From: Octopus bimaculoides
Lineage: Eukaryota
Direction: 5' to 3'
Length of the DNA: 36,855 nucleotides
Assembly (NCBI RefSeq): GCF_001194135.2
Contig: NC_069004.1
Span: forward strand, 22,429,531-22,466,385
Shown: positions 11,130-22,110 of the stretch, piece by piece
Numbering within the stretch: position 1 is the first letter of the stretch
Layout: each line of letters opens with the position of its first letter
Notes under the pieces: generated by a model
What the model was told of the DNA's origin: nothing
The model's input: only the letters and a program-made list of their open reading frames with translations
Databases searched by the model: none
Translations under genes and position numbers: made by a program

Positions 11130-11519
11130 GATTAATTGTTTGCCTTTCCTCACTACTTTAACCTATACCTACTGACTCCAAGAGAAACCACCATTAGCAA
11201 TTTTTTTTTAACAAGACAATCATACAACCACAACTTCAACCACTGTTCTAACTGGAATTTTGATGGCACACTTATTTGAGCTCTCAGAACACACACCTAT
11301 TAGATTGAGTCAGCCTGACGAAAACTCATATCATCTATAAAGACCACTGAACTCAACACGTTTTTTTCATTCCTTCTCTATTTATTTTCTCTTATTTCAT
11401 TCTGTCAAAGAGCATAAGCTCGAAATGTAAAAGACTTTTCCATCTCTCCCATGCGTCAAACTAATACTTGATTGTTGTTCTTACACCTGTCTTCGTTTTT
11501 GTTTTTCTATAAATTTGAA

Positions 11520-11520
<1 letters not shown>
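11130..11520 (+). mobile_element. Penelope-like element 3' remnant (GIY-YIG C-terminal tail plus 3' region)
   Basis: The broken frame from 11229 reads ...ESA*RKLISSIKTTELNTFFSFL, resembling the E..(W/L)I..L.T..P.GLN tail of PLE endonucleases. It is followed by a hammerhead-like motif. Family assignment is from recalled consensus. Confidence 0.55.
11402..11429 (+). ncRNA. Decayed minimal hammerhead-ribozyme-like motif
   Basis: CTGtCaA-A-GAGC-ATAA-GCTC-GAAAtGTA: intact 4-bp stem II and GAAA; the CTGANGA core has two substitutions; C>T in the palindromic GAAACGTA. Confidence 0.4.
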
Positions 11521-11521
<1 letters not shown>

Positions 11522-11572
<51 letters not shown>

Positions 11573-11740
11573 CATGCATATATGTAACTAGCATTTTTCA
11601 GTTTTCTTCTGTCAAATCCACTCATAATGTTTTTGTTGATCCAAGGCTATAGTAGAAGACACATTATCCCAGGTGCTACCCAGTGGGACTGAACCCAAAA
11701 TTGCATACTAGGATGTTAATTTTTTTAACCACATAGCAAC
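11522..11740 (-). mobile_element. SINE family A 5' half with (AC)n
   Basis: (AC)n at 11522-11568, then TCAGTTTTCTTCTGTCAAATCCACTCA...GACACATTATCCCAGGTGCTACCCAGTGGGACTGAACCC. Confidence 0.8.
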
Positions 11741-13197
11741 ACTTGGGAATTTGCTGCATTCATTTATCTATTTGGATGTTTGTTTGTTTGTCTTCTCTTC
11801 TCCTATCTTCTAAACATTGAGGAGCTTTCTTGGATTTTATTGAAATTCTGAATACTTGTTGATAATGTCAACTGCCTAACTCTCCTAACCATCACTTTTT
11901 CTCCCCACCCCAGTTGAAACTATTATTCCTTATTTTGCACTAATCAACAACCACTATCAATCGATAAATTCTTTTCTTTTGGTCATAGACTGACCTTTGC
12001 AATGCATCTCCCCCCTCTCCCTCTATCTCCCCTCTCTGTCTGTCTGTCTCTTTTTCTTTCTCTCTCTCTCTCTGTTGGATTGTCTTTGCAAACAATATTT
12101 AGTAGGTTGATGTCTGTGATAACTGTCTCCATTGTGTTAGATCCACGTTTAGATCTTGGGTATTTTTTTGCTTTTTTGGGGTTGAGGTGATGGTGTGTGT
12201 GTAGTGTGGTTTTATGTTGGTATATGTTGTCTTTTTTTTTTTTCAGTTTCTGATAATGTTCTATTCCCAGTAGATATTATTAGTTATAAAATATAATGTT
12301 AATTCAAATACTTGCCGATTCATAGTATAGTTTCGCTTTAACCTTTAAATGTGAGAAACCTCCCACCAACCAGGAAAAAATAAAGAACAAAGAAAAAAAA
12401 CTGGTAAGTTTGCAAACATAAGTTGAGTGGTGGTTGTGGTGTTGTTTAGCCTGCAGGTTAGTCTTGATCCAGTGGACTTTCCAATTGTGACCATCCTGTT
12501 TTTTTTTCTTTTTGTACATCTAATGTGCCCATTCCTTTGGTTAATTGTTATTTAAGGGAGATTGAGCTTCTGTTTCTAACAGGTTGAGCAAATATATAGA
12601 GGTTCCCTCAAGTTTGTGATGTTTGAAGTGAGAATCTGTTTGTGATGATTGGAGCTGTTCTTCATGTTCATCATAATTGTCTTTCCATGCTGGTATGGGT
12701 TAGATGAGTCTTTACAATATCTTGTTACATCACTGTCTGCATCATCTAACTCAAACAATGACAGAAAAAAAATCACCCAACTTCATTGTTGTGCATGTCT
12801 TAGGGTGTGAACTGGGTGCATTTAGTTGTCACTGGCATGAAACAGGCTGCTCCATGTGGAAGGTACTGGAGAATCTCCTCAAAGAAATTAGATTTTACTA
12901 ACTAGTAAAAAAAAGCAAAAACAAACAAACAAAAAAAGGCCAGCCTGGGCTACTACAACAAATGTATACACACTTATTGCAACCAACCTACACAAGGTTT
13001 GAACTTATATGTAGAATAGTGGTTGTACTGATTGCTGTGCATTCAGTCATCAATAGCTATGTTCCCAGAAGCACATGAGATGTTTGGCACAGCCATTTTG
13101 GTGCCACCATTTCAAATCATCAGCATCTAAACAGTTGTACCAACTGGCTTATTCCATTCCTAGGGATATCTCATAGCCAGACTTGAACACTTTAGAC

Positions 13198-13427
13198 TCA
13201 TGCTTCTCAACCATTTTTTACCTTTGGACTCCTTTGATTGCTATTTTACTTGGATGGACTCTCCTAGCCATTCAGTGTTTAAAGAATTATATTATATTTT
13301 TAAAATTAGATATAAGAAAGTGTATTAAAAATTTTAAACATTTTGTTATATTGTAGAAGTATAACCAATTTATTGCAAATAAATTTCAATGAAAAAATCT
13401 TATATAGACCCTGTTTGGGAACCACTA
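13198..13427. mobile_element. Non-autonomous hAT (Buster-like) MITE, ~230 bp
   Basis: Degenerate TIRs TCATGCTTCTCAACC / TTTGGGAACCACTA and 8-bp TSD CTTTAGAC (13190-13197) / CTTTAGAG (13428-13435), 7/8 match with central TA. Confidence 0.75.
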
Positions 13428-13926
13428 CTTTAGAGTGAAGAACTTGGTATCATTTAAGTGACAGATAAGCACAACTTGTTGCTGATGCTGCAGTGTTGGC
13501 TGAGAAAAATAAACTGTAATAGATCCAGGCATAAACATTATGAAATCTTATTTTTGTGCTATGGACATAATCAATGTTTATTTACTGTTAGAGAAAGAAG
13601 CAGATATATTGACATTTTTTTGACATGTAACTTTGAGGTTTTAGAAAAAGTAACCCCTCTGCATTAGGAACATGGCTCTAATCATCTGTTACAAAGAAGT
13701 CTTTTATATTACCCTCAACCCATCCAAACCACTAATAACCGACCAAGCTAATGAAAAGTCATTTTCTACATCCTCTCTTTTCTCATTATTTTGTATTTAA
13801 TTAGATGCTACTGCAAACTGTATCCAATTAGGTAGTATCATAAATGAGGGCAAAAAAACAAACAAACTAATTCATATCTGTAAATATTACAAGTTTTAGA
13901 TGTTTTCATCTATGCATTTTACTTAC

Positions 13927-13985
13927 CGGCAAGATTGTTATAGATCCACTTGGAATGTCTTTGTAGAGCCTTGCTAAGAAAAATA
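13927..13985 (-). CDS. Candidate exon of an unidentified gene
   Basis: Acceptor tcttccttcacacAG and donor CCG|GTAAGT. Two frames are open (FFLARLYKDIPSGSITILP or IFLSKALQRHSKWIYNNLA). Confidence 0.3.
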
Positions 13986-14486
13986 CTGTGTGAAGGAAGA
14001 TATGACATGTACAATAATAAAAATCACTGTCAAGACTTCCACTATCTTCGAACCAAGGCATTTATTATATAGTAAAACCTGGATTCCATAAAAACTTGCA
14101 TTAGTAAAAATTAATCTAGAAGAGAGTTTGTGAAAGAGTTTGATAATTTAATTTGCTGTGAGGAGTGATATATTTAGATATTGTCATACCTAGTGACAAT
14201 TATAAATCATATTCATTAATTAGCAGTGTAAAGTTGTAGCTGGTTTACTCTATAAAATAAGCAGTCTACTAATCAAAAGAGTGGACAATTCAAGAGTGCC
14301 CTGTGGGCAAGACCCAAAATTCCTTCTCAGTCCATTTAGCTGTAAATAAGTATATCTTGTGCAGAAACACATGGTCAAATCACAACACGTTTTCAGGTAG
14401 ATTAAGGTTACTAACCTGCAAAGGAAGGGCATAAGATTGAACTTCAAAACATAAAGAATTGTAATTAAATACCTTTGTAATTTAAC

Positions 14487-14847
14487 CTATGATTTTCAAA
14501 CTGCACTATGGTGCACTGGTGTGCTGCAAAGACTATCGAGGTGTGTCACAGATATTTAAAAATATAATTTAAGGCCTTGGAAAATCTTTACTAATATGCA
14601 CACGTCATGAAGAATGTGTTATTTATAAGTTTGCATCATGAAGGTATGATTAATGTAAAAAAAAAAAAAGGTAAGGAATAGTTTTCTGTATTTTTTCTAA
14701 ATTTTTACTTGAAGACAGCTTTTTAAAAAAAATTTTCTAAGCAAAACATGCTAGTAATTTTTTTTACATAGCGTGAAATCTGCTAAGTGCACCAGCAAAT
14801 TTTTGTTAGCTGACATTCAGTGTACCACAAAAACTTGAGGACCACTG
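14487..14847. mobile_element. Older hAT-type non-autonomous element
   Basis: The right end CTTGAGGACCACTG and degenerate left end CTATGATTTTCAAA resemble the CAGTGGTTCTCAAA hAT TIR, with GTGTG/CACAC subterminal motifs. No TSD retained. Confidence 0.55.
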
Positions 14848-15641
14848 GTTATGTAAGAGGGGGTTGGGTAGTGTCCATGACATTTTTTTGCAGGTATTCC
14901 AAGACTGGAAGAAGAAAGAGGATGGGAGAAGAAACTATGACTTGTGGTTTGCTCTAGTGTTAAGCAACACATTAGGATATTAAGTTCTCATTGATCTGAA
15001 TGTTTGCAACAGAGTGGTACTGAATATTACACTTCATCAAAACTTTAACTCAGAGTTACAATTCTCTCTAAATCACTTTCTTCCTATTGCTTTGTACTAT
15101 AATCTTCAGCCAACTGAAATACAAACTCCGTATGAATCACACCAATTGCCCGAATATGAGCTAACAAAAGGATCTCTATATTATCACTGGAGTTGTCAGA
15201 AAGAACAGCCTGTTCTCTGTCAAATCACATATTAGTGTCTTAAAAATAAAAGGAAAGATATATTGGATAATACAGCACTATATTCCATCAATATAAGATG
15301 GAATCAACAGCAACTGCAACAAAATTATCAATATAAATGAAGTGAAATGTGTATAACATATAAACAAACAACTGGCACTTATTTGCCAACGCTCAACAAA
15401 TCTATATTGTTAATCTATATTGTATATCCATACAAACATTTATATGTTGCAGTGAAATGGCATAGTATCAGAATGTTTTGCAGTATTTGTTCTAGTTCTA
15501 TGTGTTCTGCGTTCACATTCTACTGAGATAAATGAAGTACCATCCTAGAGCAGTGGTTTGGTGGAATTGTTAGAGTATCATTTCGAGAAGATAATGGTTG
15601 AATAGAAAGGAAGAAAGGTATACAATGACATACACACTTAA

Positions 15642-15863
15642 CCCATTAGCATTCAAACCAGCTATATCTCTCCCAAATATTCTACCTGCTTTATGTTCAA
15701 ACCAACCAGATCTGGCCTCTCACACTTATCCTACATTGTCAGTCTAAAAAATAAACAATCACATAGTTTGAAATCTTGAAGTTATGAGACAATGCATGAT
15801 TAATTTATAACAATGTGAACAAATAAGCATTAGATTTGATAGAGTAATCTGTATGCTAAAGGG
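15642..15863. mobile_element. TTAA-flanked piggyBac-like MITE (family M1)
   Basis: TTAA-CCCATTAGCATTC ... GTATGCTAAAGGG-ATAA; colinear with 21101-21320 and with the split copy at 25568-27364. Confidence 0.8.
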
Positions 15864-16169
15864 ATAAACTGACAGACAGATGGTAAATGAGTTCTCTTTT
15901 ATTTTAGTGAGGAGTATTCTAAGTGTTTGATCAACAGAGCCACCACCTCATTGAATTACAGAGTACAAGTCTAAGTATTTTGCAAATATTTGTAACCTTA
16001 ATGCAATTCTCAGGCAGAGTTAGGCAAATTGGATTTCAAGTGTAAATGTAGAACTGTGAGAAATGCCATACAAAAACAATAGCAACATGTCATGTGTAGC
16101 AATTGTGGCCCTTTGAAATTATTGATACAGTTTATTTGACAGGCTTTCACATAGTTTTACAATTTACTC

Positions 16170-16550
16170 AATTTCATTCACAAGGCAGTGCAGTCATAGA
16201 TATAGAAAAAGATAGGATGGTTATAGCAGAAGACACTTGCCCAACACGCTGCATGGTGGGACTGAACCTGAGATCATGTGGTTGGAAAGCAAACTTCTCA
16301 ACCACTTGGACACACCTGCATGTAATAATAATAATCCTTTCTACTATAGCACAAGGCCTGAAATTTTGGGGAGGGGGTAAATCAACTATATTGACCCCAA
16401 TATGTAACTGGTACTTATTTCATTGACCCCGAAAGGATGAAAGGCAAAGTTGACCTCAGTGGAATTTGAACTGGCAACATCTTTAAGATGGATGAAATGC
16501 TGCTAACCATTTTGCCCAGCATGCTAATGATTCTGCCCGCTCACCGCCTC
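16170..16550 (-). mobile_element. Two adjacent SINEs: family A 5' part (16170-16320) and family B (16326-16550)
   Basis: The family B core TTGACCCCGAAAGGATGAAAGGCAAAGTTGACCTC..GGAATTTGAAC (B-box on the minus strand) has a (TAA)n tail abutting the family A head. Confidence 0.8.
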
Positions 16551-16817
16551 AATAATAATAATCTCATAACTTATAAAATTATAATGACAGTGTGGGCTAT
16601 TTTTGGATAAAATGAGAAGAGTGCAAGAATGTTAGTGTGAGGAAAATGAGGTGGCATAGGGAGAGTGATTGATATCAGGGAAGGGGAGAACAGTTGCATA
16701 AGTGACAAATATGGGGTGGTAACATTAATACACCTGTCATTCAGTGATACACATGCATGCTTTCAATCAGTTTACAAAGTCAAGTTGTAGCAGACAGACA
16801 ATAACTGATGTAAACAG

Positions 16818-16818
<1 letters not shown>

Positions 16819-16893
<75 letters not shown>

Positions 16894-16897
16894 TGTG
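16819..16897. repeat. (TG)n microsatellite
   Basis: Direct observation. Confidence 0.95.
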
Positions 16898-17089
16898 TAT
16901 ATCACACACAGTCACCTTTAAGAAAAGGAATGATTTAGATCAAAGGTTTACTCTATTAACATGGATACACATACTTATGACATTGCACACACACGCACAC
17001 GAATGGAAGTAACTTAATTCTACAACAACTATACTTGTGATTAAACCAAACTCATTCTTCCCTCCCCCCCTCTCTCTCCACACACGTCT

Positions 17090-17233
17090 TTCATGGGCAT
17101 GCAGCTGTAGAAACTCTGCCAAATCAGATTGGAGCCTGGTGTAGCCATCTGGTTTCACCAGTCCTCAGTCAAATCGTCCAACCCATGCTAGCATGGAAAG
17201 CGGACGTTAAACGATGATGATGATGATGATGAT
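17090..17233 (+). mobile_element. 5'-truncated LINE (RTE-like) 3' end with (GAT)n tail
   Basis: Ends CCAACCCATGCTAGCATGGAAAGCGGACGTTAAACGATGATGATGAT. Reverse-strand relatives start with (CAT)n at ~28900 and ~29540. The RTE assignment rests on the short-tandem-repeat tail and recalled family. Confidence 0.65.
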
Positions 17234-18881
17234 ACACACACACACACATCTTTCATATCGTGTTCTTTCTCACTCTGCTGAGGGTTAGCATTTAATGTTA
17301 GGGTTCTGTGTTAACATTTAGGATTACAATTTTGAGTTCGGGTAAAGATTACGTTTAAACAGAAACTGTAAAGGGACTCAAAAGATTTGAATTTGTGTAC
17401 AAATTTTTTACAGAATTGAACTCACATGTTTGGAATTTGGATAGCAAACAAAAATATATTCTTAAAAGAAGAAAAATAAAAAAGGTTTACAAAGTGTTCT
17501 TAGTTTGAAATTTCGCTGAGTGGTTTTTTTCAAAAAGATTTACTATAAGTTAAAGAGCTTTCCGATGTTACTGTTAATTCTCTGAGTCATTAACTTGGGC
17601 AATGCCAGGTATTTTAGCCAGTAATAATAATGTTGGTGTTGTAACTGTCATTACTTTTAATACCTTTTATTTAAAACTTTTAAAATAGCAGAAGGGACAG
17701 AATGTATAATATTTAGTTTCATCTCACAGGTTTTTGTGATTTTACTTTGCCTTCTTTTTGTGATTATCGTGGTTTAACCCCAAGCATGATTGAGATGGTG
17801 AAAAGTATTCCAACCATATTCTTTCTGTATGCCTTTTTTTTCCTTTTAAAGCTGGTCGGATGTTGTTTGAAGATTTGACTGTTATTTCTAGCAAGTCCAT
17901 TGATCATGTAGAGATTTTTCTTTCACTCATTCCTTCTAGGGATAATAAAATATGTACTTAGTATGTACAGAGTCCAAGATAAAATTTGTCAATGTAAGAA
18001 AGAATCTTTTCCTGTCCCGTTCTTGTCTGTTTTCATAAATGGCCATGTAAATATTGTTTTCTAACTTGGGTACACTGTCACAATGCCTCACATTTTGTGG
18101 GTGGTGGGAAAACAATCGGTCATATTGACCATACTACAGTTTTATCATTTAGTCAGGAGATACTCTTGACCCCTTATGGGGCTTTTGAGATTGGTTAGAT
18201 GGAGGGCAGAAAATACTGTCAACTCAGAGACGAACCAGAATGTCACCTAAGGAACAGGAAATGGGATTAAAAAATTCTAAGATTTAAGTCCACATTCCAT
18301 GTAGGCTACAATAAGATTTGAACTCAAAAATGCAAAGACCTGGAACAAATGCTGCAAGGCATTCTGTCTGTTGTTCAGATAATTCCATCAATCTATTATA
18401 CTAGCTTCGTACTTTATTTATTGAATATAGTGAGATAACATCCCTGGAAGGATGAAAGGCAAAGTAGATCTCAGTAGGATTTAAATTCAAGCACAAGAAA
18501 CCAAAAGAAATTTTGTCCTATGTTCTAAGGAATTTACCAATTCACCATCATCATTCAACTAAATGTATTGAGTGCTACTTTCTTTCATTTGTTCACATAC
18601 TTGTGTTTGTGTGAGTGAATAGCATCATCACCATCATCATTTCACTGTTCATTTTTCCATATTTGCATGGGTCAGCCAAAATTTATTGAGGCAGATTTTC
18701 TATAGTTGGATGCTGTCCCTGTCACCAACCCTCACCTATTTCCCAGTAAAATAATATTTCCACAGAGCCAATCATGTTTTTGCTGAATACTAGAAATGAA
18801 TGACACTTTCCTGCATGATAGTCACATTCATTTACAGCTCTTATGTGATGTCAAAACAGGGGGTGGGGGGCACACACACAC

Positions 18882-18884
<3 letters not shown>

Positions 18885-18961
<77 letters not shown>

Positions 18962-19022
18962 TTATATATATGTATAATATATATATGTATAATATATATA
19001 TGTATAATATATATATGTATAA

Positions 19023-19065
<43 letters not shown>

Positions 19066-19088
19066 GTATAATATATATATATATATAT
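18885..19088. repeat. (TA)n microsatellite with higher-order TATATATATGTATAA units
   Basis: Direct observation; source of the YIYI ORFs. Confidence 0.95.
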
Positions 19089-20241
19089 AAGAACAACCGT
19101 GCGAACCCAAAAAGGAGAAATGGTGACGAATGGAAAAGCAGGGCTCCTTTATTAAACGCGTCACACGGTCGAACACAAAATATATCAAATGATATAGATA
19201 TGTTATACTTCGATAACATAGAGAACTCGTAAATGCCAGTAAGGAAGACGATAGGAACACAACCGTATGAGATGAATAACAGTAAGATTTATTGTAGCAT
19301 TAAAATGTATGTCTGTGTGTGTGTGAATGCGACGTAATGAAACACAATAAAAGACAGGCCGTCATGTAAAGAAAAGAGTGTGTGTAAGTAATACATGTAT
19401 GTGGGTACGAGAGATACACAGTATTGAATAGNNNNNNNNNNACATGTATGTGGGTACGAGAGATACACAGTATTGAATAGAGTCAGTAACACGTATAAGG
19501 ATTTAAGATACCAGTTCTTAGAGTACACAGTGGTAAGTGACTGTATATAAGAAATTAAGGCATGTGTGGCAGAGCGATCACTAGTTGTGATGTTGTGGCT
19601 TCTATGCCAAGCCGGGTTCTTGAATACAGATGTCCTTTGCAGGCTGAGTTCTTGGCTGTTATTTATCGTGGTGAAGATGAATCACACNNNNNNNNNNGGC
19701 TGAGTTCTTGGCTGTTATTTATCGTGGTGAAGATGAATCACACAAACAGGGTTAGAAGTTCTGCAGTTAGCTGTTGGTAGCTTGTGTACGTGTAGAGTCA
19801 TGTTGACGCTGGTGGCGATGCTGTTAGTATGTAGAGTCGTGTTGCTGCTGGCGACGTTGGGGGCGATGCTTGTAGTTCGTAGTTGTACGATGGTGTTGAT
19901 GTCGTCGCTGGAAACTGGTTGCTGCTGTGTGCTACGCGTGTGTGGTCAACGCCAGATCTCAAAGGAGATCTGAGGCGCGACGATTTGGCGGGTATAATTT
20001 AGGCTATTTATAGCTGAGGGTAGGCTCCAGAGGAAAACACTATCACGTGACCTTATTAGGGGCTGTGATTGGTCAGTTTGCGTCCTGGCGGGAATGGAGT
20101 GGAGACAGTTGCCGCTTAAATTATAGTCAGTCAGGTGATGACAGGGAAAGAGATGTTTTCTACTACGCTCGCGTGTTCCAATATTTATAGTGAGAGAAGA
20201 TGGTTTGTTTGTATATAATGGCGATAGAAGTGTTCACTACA
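19086..20241 (-). mobile_element. Probable solo LTR inserted in (TA)n
   Basis: The minus strand starts TGTAGTGAAC and ends GTTCTTATA (near TG...CA, short imperfect terminal IR). CpG-rich relative to its flanks, (TA)n on both sides, ordered CCAAT-E-box-TATA then AATAAA near the 3' end. No internal ORF, PBS or PPT seen. Confidence 0.6.
20005..20072 (-). promoter_or_regulatory. Pol II promoter-like module in the LTR: CCAAT box, CACGTG E-box, TATAAATA
   Basis: Plus-strand ATTGG at 20068-20072 (GACCAATCACAG on minus), TCACGTGA at 20043-20050, TATTTATA at 20005-20012 (TATAAATA on minus); canonical order and spacing. Confidence 0.55.
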
Positions 20242-21100
20242 TATATATATATATATATGAGGGAGTTCTTTCAGTCTTCATCTACCAAATCCATTCACAA
20301 AGCTTTGGTTGACCCAGGGCTACAGTAGATGACACTTGCTCAAGGTGTCACACAGTGGAACTGAACCCAAAACCATGAGTTCATGAAGCAAACTCCTTTT
20401 CCACATAACGATCCCTGTGCTTTGTAGTTATAAATTATTCTGATAATTTTGTATGGCTGTTAAAGTTGACGTTGGTATGATTTGAACTCACAAAGGGATG
20501 TAATTAAATCCATTTTGTCCAACAGCTTTTGGCAGTTGGCCTGACACAAACTCTCTCTCTCTCTCTCTCACTCTCACACACACACACACATACACACAGA
20601 AAATTTAAATAGACAAGAAAACCAATCTTAGTTTGTTTAATTTATATATCATGTGAATTTTTACTATACATCACTGGTACAATAAGAAAATCAATAAAAA
20701 AGCTATTATGAAGAAGTTAAAAATTTTTAAACAGCAAATTCTCAAGCTGCAATAGTAGCAACCTTGAGGGTATTGTGGATGCAACACTGAATATATTGAT
20801 TGCTTGTGTAACCTAATGAAGACTGTAGACACCCAAGAGTTCCTGCAGTAGAACAATGAGTTTCTGTTCTTCAAATTCCATATTATAACTCTTCTGATTG
20901 AACCTTCTTTGCAGCTAGAGTGGTCAAGTGGTTAAGGTATTGGACTAACAGCTTATAGATTTTGTATTCTTTCATTGTTTTGCTGGTTTTAGTCACTGAA
21001 CTGCAGCCATGCTGAAACACTGCCTTCAAAGGTTTGTCAGATACTTCATCCGCTACTTATTTTATAGATATCTGCTTATCAAATAATCAAGTCCACTTAG

Positions 21101-21320
21101 CCCTTTAGCATTTAAACTGGCCATATCTGGCCCAAATATTCTACCAGTTTTATATTCAAACTGGCCAGATCTGGCCTCTCACACCTTCTCTGCAATGTCA
21201 TTCTAAAAATAAACAATCACATCATCTAAATCTCAAAGTTACAAGATAATACATGATTAATTCATAACAGTGTGAATAAATAACTATTAAATTCGACAAA
21301 GTAATGTGAATGCTAAAGGT
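21101..21320. mobile_element. piggyBac-like MITE (family M1)
   Basis: ttag-CCCTTTAGCATT ... AATGCTAAAGGT-ttga; colinear with 15642-15863. Confidence 0.8.
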
Positions 21321-21383
21321 TTGAGGGGACTAACTCAGAACACAGCAATTTATTGGCCAGCTCTCACCATGCGCGTGTGCGCG

Positions 21384-21432
<49 letters not shown>

Positions 21433-21880
21433 ATTAACACTAGTTTTTAAAAAAAATTTTGTTACTGAATTTCTAATGGAGATGCTTGACAATAATTTCA
21501 AAGCTAATACATAAAAATGTAGTTCTAAAAGTAGACTTGTGGTGGTAATTTGAGGGGAATTTGGCTGCTATTTCTAGCTGAACAAGTAACTGAATAGATA
21601 TTTCCTTACTTATTGGTAATAAGTCCTTGTTGACATTTTTGTCGTCGTTGCCCTCCTCCTCTAGGAAGTGGATTAGTAGATGCGTAGAATTATTACAGGT
21701 TTAGACAAAATATCTTGCAGTAGTTGTTCTGCCTAGGTGATCAACTTTGCTTTTTATCCCTCCAGAGTTGACAAAATAAAATACTAATCAATAGCTGGGG
21801 TTGATGTAATCCGCCAAGCTCTACTCTCAATATTTCTAGCCTTGTGCCTGCATCAGAAACCGTTATTAGAATCATTATTA

Positions 21881-22110
21881 AGGCAGTGAGCTGGCAGAAT
21901 CATTAGCATGTCGAAAAAAATGCTTAGTGGCATTTTATCTGTGTTTATGTTCAAAGTTCAAATACTGTCAAGGTTGACTTTGCTTTCCCCACTTTTGGGG
22001 TCAATAAAATAAGTACCAGTTGAGTACTGGGGTTGGTGTAATCGACTTACCTCTCCCCAAACTTGCTGGCCTTGTGCCAAACTTTGAAACCATTATTATT
22101 ATCATCGTTA
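21881..22110 (+). mobile_element. tRNA-derived SINE family B
   Basis: Head AGGCAGTGAGCTGGCAGAATCATTAGC, degenerate B-box GTTCAAATAC, core GACTTTGCTTT..TTTTGGGGTCAATAAAATAAGTACC and (ATT)n tail into which the Helitron is inserted. Confidence 0.8.

Noticed and set aside
14280-14421. Minus-strand frame VSNLNLPENVL*FDHVFLHKIYLFTAKWTEKEFWVLPTGHS* suggesting TGA read-through or selenocysteine
   Set aside because: No recognisable protein, no SECIS seen, and the exon itself is unproven; compatible with chance.
18796-19260. ORFs rich in YIYI / IYIY
   Set aside because: Translations of the (TA)n tract.
19393-19743. Apparent direct repeats of ~39 bp and ~46 bp on either side of two 10-N runs
   Set aside because: Identical sequence immediately flanking fixed-length N spacers is the signature of unmerged contig overlaps, not CRISPR-like or biological repeats.
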